A stretch of 64,000 nucleotides of DNA. Source: Azolla caroliniana (Eukaryota; Plantae; Polypodiophyta). The notes under the pieces are model-generated. The model searched no databases. It was not told the origin of the DNA and was given only the letters and a program-made list of their open reading frames with translations. Within the stretch, counting starts at the first letter, position 1. Each line of letters starts with the position of its first letter. The position numbers and the translations under genes are program-made. This document shows positions 12,501-24,112 of the stretch, one piece after another. The DNA lies in the NCBI GenBank assembly GCA_043228905.1, contig JBHGNT010000009.1, positions 8,184,001-8,248,000 on the forward strand. The letters run 5' to 3'.

Positions 12501-13184
12501 TTGTGAAGATCACCATCGGCTCCACTATTCTCGGATCGACGCACCCTATCTCCCTTGATGTAAATGCAAACGCTTTGCCGTGTTGCTCCAACATCTCGCG
12601 AAACCGTTCTTCTTCTTTTTGTAATAGGAACCCACCTCCACCGATCCGAAGTTTCTTCCGAGTCTCATCCGTGAAGGCATGTCCGATATCCACGGTCTTC
12701 TAAAGTGTCTGATCTCCCGAGACTTCTTTCCTCTTTTGTTCGCTATCGGCGGGTAGTGGTCCCGCGGCCGGTTTCACCTTCTTCTCCACGGTCTTGTATT
12801 TCGTACTTACCATTGCTTCTTCTTTGCGGAGCGTATCCGGCTCCATTTTCGCAATGATCTCGTACATCTCGACCGATTCCACCGAGACTACCCGGTTCCC
12901 TTGGCTTTTATCTTCCGCAAGCTCTTCAAGTCGTTGTAGCGTGCTCTCATAGAACACTTCTTCGACTATCCCCACGTTTTCTTCATCTTCTTTTATTATT
13001 GATGCCGACCGCAACTTATCCTCCACTTGTCGGTATCCTTTCTTCAATCATCCGGTTACAGTCGTGTACGTAGATGCCCCATCCAGACCGATTCGTACAT
13101 GTTTTGCTCCGAGAGTTTTCTTCCTGTGTGGGGTATCAGGGCTTCTCGGACTATCACTTCCCCACTCCGCAATAGTCCACTTTA
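9600..13184 (-). pseudogene. E2 pol (RT-RNase H-integrase), in the -1 frame relative to gag-PR; disrupted
   Basis: RT LPQGATNS and PFLDD, RH TVDTSPTGIG, INT H-H-C-C and D,D-35-E region; stops near 13049, 12700 and 12457, frameshift near 11390. Confidence 0.93.
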
Positions 13185-13191
13185 AAAATCC
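13128..13191 (-). promoter_or_regulatory. Candidate -1 programmed frameshift signal (GGAUUUU plus pseudoknot)
   Basis: G GAT TTT TAA at the gag-PR stop; 6-nt spacer; 10-bp stem GGACUAUUGC/GUGAUAGUCC; loop GUGGGG can pair with CCCCAC at 13128-13133. Confidence 0.75.
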
Positions 13192-15224
13192 ATTCTCACT
13201 TGGGACAAGAGTTCCCTCTTGTTCCTTTCGTGATTTGCCGGCACCGTTAGGAATTGGACGGATTTCCCACCGTTTTGGCTCCGAATTTGCGCAAAAGCCG
13301 CACCGCTATCGAGCACCTTCGTCTCCATCCGTGATGCCGTGATAAAGGGTTGGCCGAGGATGACGGAATGTGAAACCTCATCTTGCACGAAGAAATTTTG
13401 GTCGATCTCGACATCCCCGATCTTCACCGTCACATCCGGACAAGCCGCAAATAGATCTTCCATTGCTTTGGTGGCTGCCCGAATCTTCCATCCATGGTTG
13501 GTGTTAATAGGCCACTTCCCCTTCCGGTAGAACTCCTTGGACATCAAGTTGATCTCCGATCCGTGATCAATCAATGCTAGCACGGGTTCTTTGATGTTGC
13601 CGATTCGGACCGGAGTCTCCGTAGTCGCGCGTGCCGAATGTGGCCTTGTATAGTGGGAGTTCGGAATTTCGTCCTCCACTTCGGTGTCGTTCATTAAAAC
13701 GGTGTTCGCATTCACCCTTGGAGCATTTTCCTCCGTACTTTGTCTTTTTCGCTTCACGAGATCCACGAGAAGATCGTGGAACTCCTTCTTTGCTATTCTG
13801 AGTAGCTCCCGAAGCGAGAAATCTACCCGGCTATCCAAGATTCTTTCCTCGAACACTCTTTTCAAGTCGGTCTGTTGTTCTATGTCCGAGGCGAGCTTGA
13901 ATGCCGGAGTCGCCTTTTCTTTTCCCTTACCTCCGGAGTTCCAGCTTTCCGGTATCTTCGATGGCCCGGCCGCATCCTCCGTGCGTCGTCGTTTCTCGTC
14001 CACATACACCTTATGAAATTGACACAGGGCGTATATGCTATTCTTGTCGACAGGGCACTCCCATCCCGTAGCTTCCCGGACGCCTTCCGCGGTGCTTCGG
14101 ATCTTGTTGGAGTCGGTTTTCTCGGTGTTTTCTAGAACTTCTGGCCAAAAAGACGTCTTTGCTCTCGATGACTCCCCGACACATATTCCCGCGGTTGTCG
14201 CATAGTTGCTTCTTGCCGCCAATTCCTCCTCGAGCATCTTCTTCATGCCGCCTTTCCGGAAGTTCGGTCGGAGTGGCTTCCGAGAGTCCATCGAATGAAT
14301 CTGGTTTCCCTTGTAGTAGATGAGATCCCGCCGTAGCGCCTCCTTATGCTCGTCGCAATCCCTCCAATCATGTTCGGCGCTATTGCACCATATGCACCGT
14401 CGGTTCGTATACTTGGAGCTTGTCGGGCGGTCATCCGACTTCTTCACCATCGCGATCTTCAGATTCTCCATCTCCTTCAATAGTTGCTCCACCATAGATG
14501 CATCAATCCCCTTCTCGGTTGTAGTCTCCCGAGCCCTTGGTTGATGGTCTTCCAATCCGGTTCTCGGTTTCGGGATCGATTCCGAAACCCTCTTTTCCTC
14601 GTTGGCAAGCCATTGCCCCCTCTTCGTGTATCGCGCGACGATATCCCGCACGCTTTCCCATGTTTCGGTGAGGCCGCTCTCCATGGTCGTGTCCTCCAAG
14701 AGCACTCCGAGATCTTTCCGGTCCCGGACGTCCACGGCTCGCAAGAACATGATTACCTTGTCCGGTGCGAGGATAGCTTGATCTCTCGCGGACAACCTCC
14801 CGAACCGGCTTTCGAATGCCGAAAACACATCAACGCCCTTCAATCCCTTGTCCGGCGTCTCCACCCAATCTTCGAATCCCCTTCGCGTCGCCTTGGAGGA
14901 ATCCTCGATGGCGAACGTCCTCTTTAGCTCTTCTTCAAACGCCTCCCATGTCGGATTTTGTTGTCGTAGCCCATGGATGCTAGCTTGAAGCCCGTTGGTC
15001 ACCACCCGGTTGAAGGACGTCACTTGCAGTCCTTCCGATATTCCGCACCGTAGCATCTCCGCCTTGTAGTCCCGAAGATACCGCGACACGTCTTTCCCGT
15101 TGAATTGCCTGTTTCGTTGCACGAGCCGCTCCACTGATGCCGCTATCTCCGACATCGCGCGTTGTTCTTGTAGCATGCGCTCAAACATCATCATCATGTT
15201 GCTAGCCTCCCGTTGATTTTCCAT
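13182..15224 (-). CDS. E2 Gag-protease polyprotein (680 aa, intact ORF)
   Basis: Starts just after the PBS; zinc knuckle CIWCNSAEHDWRDC; aspartic protease LIDHGSEINLM...ILGQPF. Confidence 0.92.
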   Translation of the reverse strand: MENQREASNMMMMFERMLQEQRAMSEIAASVERLVQRNRQFNGKDVSRYLRDYKAEMLRCGISEGLQVTSFNRVVTNGLQASIHGLRQQNPTWEAFEEELKRTFAIEDSSKATRRGFEDWVETPDKGLKGVDVFSAFESRFGRLSARDQAILAPDKVIMFLRAVDVRDRKDLGVLLEDTTMESGLTETWESVRDIVARYTKRGQWLANEEKRVSESIPKPRTGLEDHQPRARETTTEKGIDASMVEQLLKEMENLKIAMVKKSDDRPTSSKYTNRRCIWCNSAEHDWRDCDEHKEALRRDLIYYKGNQIHSMDSRKPLRPNFRKGGMKKMLEEELAARSNYATTAGICVGESSRAKTSFWPEVLENTEKTDSNKIRSTAEGVREATGWECPVDKNSIYALCQFHKVYVDEKRRRTEDAAGPSKIPESWNSGGKGKEKATPAFKLASDIEQQTDLKRVFEERILDSRVDFSLRELLRIAKKEFHDLLVDLVKRKRQSTEENAPRVNANTVLMNDTEVEDEIPNSHYTRPHSARATTETPVRIGNIKEPVLALIDHGSEINLMSKEFYRKGKWPINTNHGWKIRAATKAMEDLFAACPDVTVKIGDVEIDQNFFVQDEVSHSVILGQPFITASRMETKVLDSGAAFAQIRSQNGGKSVQFLTVPANHERNKRELLSQVRMDF

Positions 15225-16893
15225 CTCCTTGCCACCCGGTGTTCACGTCGGGTTCACCAACTGTGTCGTGCCCTTCGGCTCCGGATCGTTGCGTGAGTCG
15301 GGTGGGAACCGCCGAGGTTTTTGACTAGGAGGAAGAGGAATACAACTTAAGGCTAGTTATGAATAGTGGACAGAGAAGTAAGATAGCAATCTCGTGAATC
15401 CCACGAGTTTAGTGTAATTAAAACAATATTTAGATTATAAGAGCAATTAGATGGCAAAATTCGTGAATCCCACGAATATATTAGATTGATCAATCCTTGT
15501 ATATTAATCAACAACCATATACATATTTCTCTCCTCCTTATATAAAGATGGAAGAGGCTAAGCATGGCTTCATGCTTTTTCACCTAAAGTGTCCATGCAC
15601 ACTAAATGTGCATGTGATGTTTTGTCATTTCCTAAATATAGGGCTCATGCACGCTAGATGTGCATGAGTCACTTTTAATGTCACGTGTAAATAAAATATT
15701 CACACTCTAAAGAATACATGATTTTTACCTTTTAATAAAGGTATGTGTAAATAAAGGTCTTATACGTATTAAATCTATATTTATAACACTAAAGATAAGT
15801 TATTACAATGGTAAAGTTAGGGTTTATCTATGTGGAGGTGCATGGTTTGAATCTTGCCATATGCACGTGATAAATTCTTTTGATATATTATTTATCTATT
15901 TATATGTATCTAAAATCGGATATATTATTTTATGGTTTTCACGTAGTGTGTGGAATACACAACGACAGCATGCGTGCGTGTTTAGAAGTGTGAGGTTTTT
16001 CCTACCGATTAGCAGGAGTTTTACTCACATCTTTTTATTTTCTTTTTGGTTATATCTCTCTCATTTTCTATAGCCAAGAGATTGGCGAGAGAGCTTTCGT
16101 TTGTTAAGTACTACCATTAAGTGCTTCGCCATAAATGGCTTAGCCTCTAGCAAGGGGGAGGGCTAAATGTGAAAGTTTTTTAGAATCTAAGTCATTGAAC
16201 ATTAGAAGAATATAAAGTATGTATAATTCACATTTGGAGGTTAAGAACACGAACCAAGACCTTAGGAAGAAGTCAAAAGTAAAAGTAAGACACCAAGAGA
16301 AAAGTAAAAAGAGAAAAAGCGGACCATAAAAAACAGTAAAAAAAGGAATGGTCATAACTCTTTCGTTTTTCACCCCAATATTATGTTTAAATATGGGTTA
16401 GAAATCTTGTAAAGAGATCTATCTATAGCTTTTTAAATCACTAAATTTGGAGCTCTGATGAGGGAGATATGACGATTAGAAGGTCGTTGGAACTTAGCTA
16501 AAAATAGGAGATAAAAAGCTTCTAAAAATAGCGTGAACGAGGAAGAAGAAGGAAATTATAATAGAGAAGGGGTCCTAATAGAGGAAGGGAGTCTTAGGAA
16601 GAGGTATCTTAGTGGAAGAAGATGGTTCTTAGTAGTGGGTTTGAGTGATGGGTAGTAAGAAGGTCTTTGGTTTTTAAGTTCATTGTGGAGTTTATCCTCT
16701 TTGTATTGACTTGAAGTGGAATATTATAACATTCTTATCTCTTTCTCATCTTCCCTACCTTTTATCTTAACTTCTTGAGTTTTCCTCTCTAAATCGTAGT
16801 TACCTAATCTATTATAATTCACAACTCCATCTAATCGGTTTGATCAAGCCCTCATATTGTGTACGACTATCATCGGTCTTATACACCCTATCA

Positions 16894-17130
16894 CCGTGTA
16901 ATACACCGATTCAGATAAATGCATCCGAATGGTGGCACAGACAATTCAGTCCAACTTCGTTCACTCATTCGGCTTATATCCTTCTTGAGCGCTTTCAATC
17001 TCGATTGGGTCGAGCTGACCCTTGACTATTAGATAGTCTTGCATCTGCTCCTTGCAAAAGTTGAAGTGCGATCCGTCGAACTTCCTTAGACTAATCTCTA
17101 ATGAGTTGGATGTGGATGCGATTCTAGACT
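16894..17130 (-). pseudogene. Copia gag N-terminal fragment
   Basis: KFDGSHFNFCKEQMQDYLIVKGQLDPI...ATIRMHLSESVYY resembles Tnt1-type gag; cut by the E4 3' LTR. Confidence 0.65.
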
Positions 17131-17845
17131 TGAGCCGACTGGTCGAAAAGTTCTGTCCGAAGGTGGCGACGATCGGTAGGAGGGTGCAATCGACTGGTCC
17201 ACCCGAATTTGATCTAGCCGAATCAAACACAGACTTAGTCGGTTGTTTGGTCAATTCTGCTTGAAGTGGCTACGTCAAGATGTGGAGTAGAGCTGCCTGG
17301 TCTATCCATTGTGATGCCTAGCCAAATTGAGCACGAATCACGCTGATTGGCTTGCCGATTTGATTTTGAATACCAGGTTGATTTCCAATGTTGATGTCAA
17401 TCTTGCTCCAAGTGAGTAGAGAGATAGAGACGAATGGTCCCCACACATTGCTACCCATACATGGGGATACTTGTACATACACATGTAGGTCCCTTGGACC
17501 TTGCATTGATCATATATACCCATACTAGTCATTCTCAAGTGCTAGCCTTGTCCTAGTCCACACACATGATCCTACCATATTTGTACATTGAGATTCGTGA
17601 CACCCTCACAATGACATAAGTGCATGGATGTAATATACTACCTTCAAACAATTTGTCTGTTTGTTATGCTACTTTCTTTCTCTCGTCCTTTTGTTCACAT
17701 TGGGCCATCCTAAGATCCTTGCCTATCATCACGGATTGTCATTGGCTTGAAAAAAGAAAAGCGTTGACTTTAGGAACGAGAATGCAAGTTAATGTATGTG
17801 CTTGGTAATAATAGTAGCCTTAAAGCTAGTGTCACCTATGTGAAA

Positions 17846-18300
17846 TATTATAGATCTAGGTACTAAAGTAAGCTTAAGATAAGGATAAAGAAATGAAAGA
17901 TAGAAAGGAGAAAGAGAAAGAAGGGTGCCGATCCACCCGACCACCCCCGAGCGAAGGGATCGAGACGGACTCGAGCCTCGATCGGCGTCCCATACCACCG
18001 CTGTGGCGTCGAGTCGTACCTGGTGCTGGCGCGCTCGCTACAAGAGTTGACCCACCACACGAGCAGAGTCTCGATGTAGTCAAAAGATGATCAAATGAGG
18101 GTAGCTAGGCCTCTTATTTATAGCGATACCCAAGGCCCCCAGGCAAGTTCACACTTGACCTAATGGGTTGTCTCAATCCCCAGGATTAAAAGTAATCCTC
18201 CCCTTCTTTACACTCTCGTTTAACCCTCACACTTATCCACGTGTATAGAATACTACGGTAAATTCTTACCACGGGATATTATATGGTCATGCCCGTAACA
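17846..18300 (-). mobile_element. Probable solo LTR
   Basis: Flanked by TGAAA (17841-17845 and 18301-18305); ends TATTATAG...CCGTAACA; TATAAATA on the minus strand near 18115-18122. Confidence 0.6.
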
Positions 18301-18579
18301 TGAAAGCCACTAGGATGGTCACCTAAAAGTGAGTGGAGAATGAAGGTTCTAGAACCGATTTATGATATCATTATATCCATACCTATTTGATTCACAATTG
18401 AGTTCCTAACCCTAACTAGAGAAGGCTTGTGTTGTGTGAATTTAGTCTTGAAATCGATAATTCATTAATAAATTGAATAGTTTTAGAGAAGGTTGGGATC
18501 TTCTATCCTTGAGGCACCTATTTCGGGTATTAGGAAAAGTACATCTATTGTTAGATTTCGCTCAACTATATATAGCAAT

Positions 18580-19010
18580 TGGAAACAGTTCGGTTCAAGT
18601 TCAAGTGTTTTTTAACGGTTCAGTCCGGTTTGGGGGTCAATAGTTTGGTTCAAATGGTTTGACGGTTTAAGGTTGCCACTTGATTATTTTTTCTTAAATA
18701 TTTTCCTAAAGAACCATTTCATTTTAAAGCCAAATTCTAGCATTTTAGGGACAAAACTAACATTTAAAACATGGAAAGATTTAAATTTTTAAAATTGAAA
18801 TTTGACCTAACTTAAAAACCGAAACTGAACTGTGAAACTGCAGTTTTAATAGTTTAACAGTTTGAAATCTCTAAAATGGTTTGGTTTGAGTTTGGATTTT
18901 TTTTAACGGTTCAATGGTTTAATTCAGTTCAATCTAAGTTTCTATTTTTGTAATGGTTCGATTAACTGTTTGAGTTTGACACCCTCGAAACAAACCAAAC
19001 CGTTGTTTAT
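18580..19010. repeat. AT-rich element with dispersed GGTTC/AACCG motifs, possible non-autonomous DNA transposon remnant
   Basis: Many ACGGTTCA, GGTTTGG and AAACCG motifs in both orientations; no clear TIR or TSD. Confidence 0.35.
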
Positions 19011-20207
19011 TGTTAACTATATGTCTCTTTTCTCACAAAGAGTCTAGTCATCTACTTTATTGATTGTAGCCCTTTGAAAAATTTAGGTTGATTGTGGAAA
19101 TAAGGGAGCATGCCCCATGAAATACACATGTATGGATTCCCCTATCCAGATTTACGTCGTACTTAACAGATTATGGTTTTGAGGCTAATTTATTACGAAA
19201 AAACTTACTCTTAATTGGATACATGGAAGTATGTCACAATGATATGGAGAAATGTGTGGTTCATGAAGTGATGGAGATGGTTCAAGAATTTTGCTACCCT
19301 AATTTGGCTAATCGTTGGGGACTAATGCCGCCCAGATCCTTTTGAAACACTAACACAATAATTTATAAAAACATAAAAAGATTATTGGTAGTAACATGAG
19401 GTAAACATGGTTGCTTAATTTTGGCACTTATGTGCTCGAAACTCATTTTGCACCAAATTTGTAGGTTGTTTTCACACATTGACCATCAATTAGAAATAGA
19501 AACTTTTAACATGTTAATGCATCAAAATAGATTTGGAACATTAAGAATATGAAACATCATAATTAATATTCATAAATGGTAAGATAGAATACCATACATT
19601 GGGGTGTGTGTATTGAAAATGAAATCTACCAATAATTCATTTGTACATGTAGTTTGTAAGAGGTTTGGGATTTATGTTAATTTTCTCCTTGTGTTTACAA
19701 TATGTATGTGTCATCCTCACATTGCTAAATACCTTGCTAAATAATACCGTTGATCTATTTTGGAAAAAAAATAAAAATACCATTGATCTAATGATAAACA
19801 TTCATGCACATAAACAAGGTAGTATATGATTGCATATTTTAAATCACACCTAATGGTAGGTATGATAGGGACTCAAAATTAACCATGGAGGACGTTTTGT
19901 TAAATATAATGTATTTCAAAACCCCTTTATAAGTTCCTATATTTGGCCTTACGATAACTGTACATCACTATACATAAAACATTGTAAGCCTTTGGGCAGA
20001 TAACTTCAATTTGGAGCCTTCAGGCATTTTTTCTTAATACTAAAGAAAATCTTTCAAGGAAAAAAAAGAGAGGATCTATGTCAAGAAATATTAACATGTG
20101 GTTAAGATTACAAGGATATCATTCTTTGGTATTTGTTCTCCTCAACAGTTAAGTTTTAACCCTTTTATACCAACTTACAAGACATTAATTCCTTATCATG
20201 TTGACTA

Positions 20208-21188
20208 AAAACCCCAAAATAGGCGAAAAGCTAGACATAGCATTTGTATGTTGAAATCTTTTACATAAAAAGCAACCATCAAAGAGGACAACATAAATAT
20301 TTGAAATAATGTCTTTTGAAGCTATTGTAATCTTTGTCCTCCTTACACAAACACATGGAAATGATCAATCACTTCAACTTTTCCCAAAGAGAGAAGTACA
20401 CAATGCCTTTCCAAACAATGTTTGATATTTTAATTGAGAATGTTTAATTGTTCTTGCTAATAGCTGCTATTACAAAAAAGTGTTATCTATAACATAGGAT
20501 ATTTAAAGGCTTAGTAGCTACCTTACAAAAAAGTGTTATCTATAACATATAGGATATTTAAAGGCTTAGTAGCTACCTCACGTTTCCCTTGCAACAGGAG
20601 TTTCTTTGCAAATTTCCTAGCTCATAATTATTAATTTATGTTATTGGTGCAAGTTTGGCAATGAGTCACTTCTAGGAAAGATCAAATTCAAAGGAATCTC
20701 AAAACCTCAAAATAGGCGAAAAGCTGGACATAGCATTTGTATGTTGAAATCTTTTACATAAAAAGCAACCATCAAAGAGGACAACATAAATATTTGAAAT
20801 AATGTCATTTGAAGCTATTGTAATCTTTGTCCTCCTTACACAAACACGTGGAAATGATCAATCACTTCAACTTTTCCCAGAGAGAGAAGTACACAATGCC
20901 TTTCCAAACAATGTTTGATATTTTAATTGAGAATGTTTAATTGTTCTTGCTAATAGCTGCTATTACAAAAAAGTGTTATCTATAACATAGGATATTTAAA
21001 GGCTTAGTAGCTACCTTACAAAAAAGTGTTATCTATAACATATAGGATATTTAAAGGCTTAGTAGCTACCTCACGTTTCCCTTGCAACAGGAGTTTCTTT
21101 GCAAATTTCCTAGCTCATAATTATTAATTTATGTTATTGGTGCAAGTTTGGCAATGAGTCACTTCTAGGAAAGATCAAATTCAAAGGA
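20208..21188. repeat. Near-identical 493-bp tandem duplication, each unit with an internal ~53-bp duplication
   Basis: 20208-20696 matches 20701-21188 at a constant offset of 493. Confidence 0.95.
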
Positions 21189-21887
21189 AAAGCCCGATGA
21201 GCAAATCTCAAGGTAATCCGCATTGATGTAACGAAAGAGACAGACCTACCACGATAAATAAATGACCTGAATAATCAACCTGCTTTCTCATAAAAAATTG
21301 CACCGGTTTAGCTTTTGCTCCCAATTATAAATGTGTGGTTGTTTATAGTTTGAGAGGAAAAAACATATTTATATGTTGTGGCATAAGTGTAATACATATA
21401 CTCGAGTCCTTACATACAACAAAGAGAGAAAAAGTGAGGAGTTTATTCGCATCCTAAGAGATATATACTATGACCCATAAAACCAAATGGTTCTTCCATT
21501 AAAAGACAAGGCATGTGAACGGACAAATGGAAACGGTCACCACATCATCATATCAAACCCCAAACAATCATGGGAAGCAGTAAAAGAGATGTGGAATGAG
21601 AGAGAAGGGCCTAAGGCCATGGCATGAGAGCGGAAGGCCAAAGGCCATGCATGACATGAGAGAAGGTTGAGTGACAAACTAAAAGATTAACGACTTAGTA
21701 TGTCTTAGCAATGTATACACTTGTTTTCAGATATCCCCTAATGCGACCAATTTCACACTGGGTCGTAGAGTGTCTCGCGATGATGTGAACGAACAAGTGC
21801 TGAATGGAGGGTACTCTCTAGAGTCTAGTGTTGAAAAAAGGTTAGTCTTTCCTAATAAGCAAAAGAGTCTAGTGTTGCAATTAACAT

Positions 21888-22270
21888 GGGTCTCCCTTCT
21901 TCTTATAGATTTCTCGTTTGTGTTCCTAAACACATCCACACAAACACAAATGAGACGGGTCTCCCTTCTTCTTATAGATTTCTGGTTTGTGTTCATAAAC
22001 ACATCCACACAAACACAATTGAGACGGGTCTCCCTTCTTCTTATAGATAACTTTTGTGTGTTCCTAAGCACATACACATACACACTTGTATACACACACG
22101 CAATTGAGATGGGTTTCCCTTCTAAGTTCTTCTTACAAATGACTTGTGTGTGTTCCTAAACACATCAAAACACACACACACACACACAATTGAGATGGGT
22201 CTCTCTTCTAAGTTCTTCTTACAAATGACTTGTGTGTGTTCCTAAACACATCAAAACACACACACACACA
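21888..22270 (+). repeat. Five-unit (~70-85 bp) tandem array immediately upstream of the UGT-A start codon
   Basis: GGGTCTCCCTTCT...GTGTTCCTAAACACAT...(CA)n...AATTGAGA repeated as 3 + 2 variant copies. Confidence 0.9.
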
Positions 22271-22298
22271 CACATTTTGTTCTCACTCTCACTCTTGA

Positions 22299-24112
22299 AT
22301 GATGCCACACATTTTGGTAATGCCCTTCCCTCTGCAAGGCCACATCAATCCCTTTCTCACCTTGGTCAAACTCCTCATCCCCCATGGCTTCACCTTCACC
22401 TTTGTCATCACTGAGGAGTTTGCAGGCAGCCTTCCTGAGCCACCTAATGCTGGACAAGAGAAACAAGAAGAAGAAGAAGGAGGAGAAGAAGGAGAGTCAG
22501 CACCACCACGGCCGCCACCTATACGGTATGTCTCGCTTCCCGTCATCTCCTTGGACGAAGCGGCACGAAGGGTCGGGAACAACGGGTCTCTACGCCTCCA
22601 ACACCTAGAGGTCGTGAAAAGCATGCGTCCCGGCGTCGAAGATCTCCTCCGCTCCATGGTGTCGGGACATTCGGGCGTGTCGTGTATCATCGGAGACTGC
22701 TATGTGACCTGGCTCATCGAAGTCGCGCTACAATTCGAGGTTCCCATGTTCACCTTCTTTACCACGAACTCGCATGTTATGTCTATTTACCTTCACATCG
22801 AGGAGCTCATCACGCGTGGGGCCTCGCCGATGTCTGGTACTTATAAACTGTCTTTCAGAGTCCTCCCCTGAATGTCCCTCGGCTTAATATTATTTCTAAT
22901 CGATGAATTAGTTATGTCAGATCTAGATGTTTTGGCAATGAGAAAACGTAGTTAATTCTAATGAGATATTCACTAGTTGGATTAGATTTGTGATCCTGAC
23001 TGGTATATGTTGTTGATTTCGAAGGATTAATGCTTAGCAACCTCATGCATCAGATAACTAGAAGACGTAACTTTAGGTTATTGTGCATGCAAGCCCTATT
23101 ACTTTTTTTTCTCTTCTTTTAAATTTTGTGACTTGAGAAAAACCCTAATTTGAAAGTTTTGGGTTTTGCTTCTCACCTTCTCTTCAAATTGTGTTTTTTT
23201 TTATCATTAGATCCACAACAAATTATTGATTTCATACCCGGTCTTCCACCGATTCAAGCGGCCGATCTTCCAGACGCTGCCTCGACGGACCCGGCTTTCA
23301 TACGCAATGTGATGGGAGTCCTGGCGGACAAAACCTCGGGAATGATCTTCAACACGGTGCACGAGCTCGAGCGAGAATCCCTGAATGCAATAAGCCGGAA
23401 GATCCCGGTGTACCCCATTGGCCCTATGTTGCTCATGTTGAGCCCAACAAGACAAGCCATTGTCCGAGACACCATCTCCCAATGGACTGAGGACAGAGAG
23501 TGCCTTTCGTGGCTTGATGCCGCTGCCCCTTCCTCGGTCCTCTTCGTATCCTTTGGAAGCTTGGCAAACTTGAGCTCCGATCAACTAAAAGAGCTCGCCG
23601 AGGGTCTTGAGGCAAGCGAGCACCCATTTCTATGGGTTATCCGTCCGGATGTTCTCAAGGGGCATCCGTTCTCGAGTGTGCTCCCCGAGGGCTTCTTGGA
23701 GCGAACCAAAGGCCGGGGCCTCATCATCTCTTGGGCCCCTCAATTGGATGTATTGTCACATCCTTCCGTGGGTGGTTTCCTCACTCATTGTGGATGGAAC
23801 TCGATAACAGAGAACCTCTCGACAGGATGCATCCCTATGCTATGTTGGCCCCAACTCGCGGAGCAACGATTGAATGCTAGGATAGTGGTTGATAACTGGA
23901 GAGTCGGCTTGGAGATCGCGGTAGAATACGGTAATATAGTGAAAGCATCGGCAATAGAGAGGGTGGTCGTCGAACTAATGCAAGGTGACACAGGAAAGGA
24001 GATTAAGAAGAGAACTCTTGTTCTCAAGGAAGTGGTCGCACAATGTGTGCAAGAAGGTGGATCTTCCCAACGATATCTTCAATCCTTGGTAGAGAACTTA
24101 AAAGGCGTGTGA
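22299..24112 (+). CDS. UGT-A: family-1 UDP-glycosyltransferase, exons 22299-22836 and 23211-24112 (479 aa)
   Basis: PFPLQGHINP catalytic His, IIGD Asp, phase-1 GT-AG intron 22837-23210 joins the frames, PSPG box WAPQ...HCGWNS...AEQ. Confidence 0.95.

Larger units (their letters stand above)
8893..15967 (-). mobile_element. E2: near-complete Ty3/Gypsy LTR retrotransposon (tRNA-Trp primed), recent insertion
   Basis: 704-bp LTRs 8893-9596 and 15264-15967 differing at only a few sites; TSD GCGT/GCAT; 18-nt Trp PBS 15242-15259; PPT 9597-9610; gag-PR-RT-RH-INT order. Confidence 0.96.
5420..16893 (+). mobile_element. E4: decayed, internally deleted Ty3/Gypsy (non-chromovirus-like) element hosting a solo LTR and E2
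   Basis: 5420-5926 nearly identical to 16387-16893; PBS-like TGGTGCTCTAGGGAGG at 5930; 3' LTR probably starts ~8870 after a purine tract and is split by E2; 5' LTR truncated, no TSD found. Confidence 0.8.
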
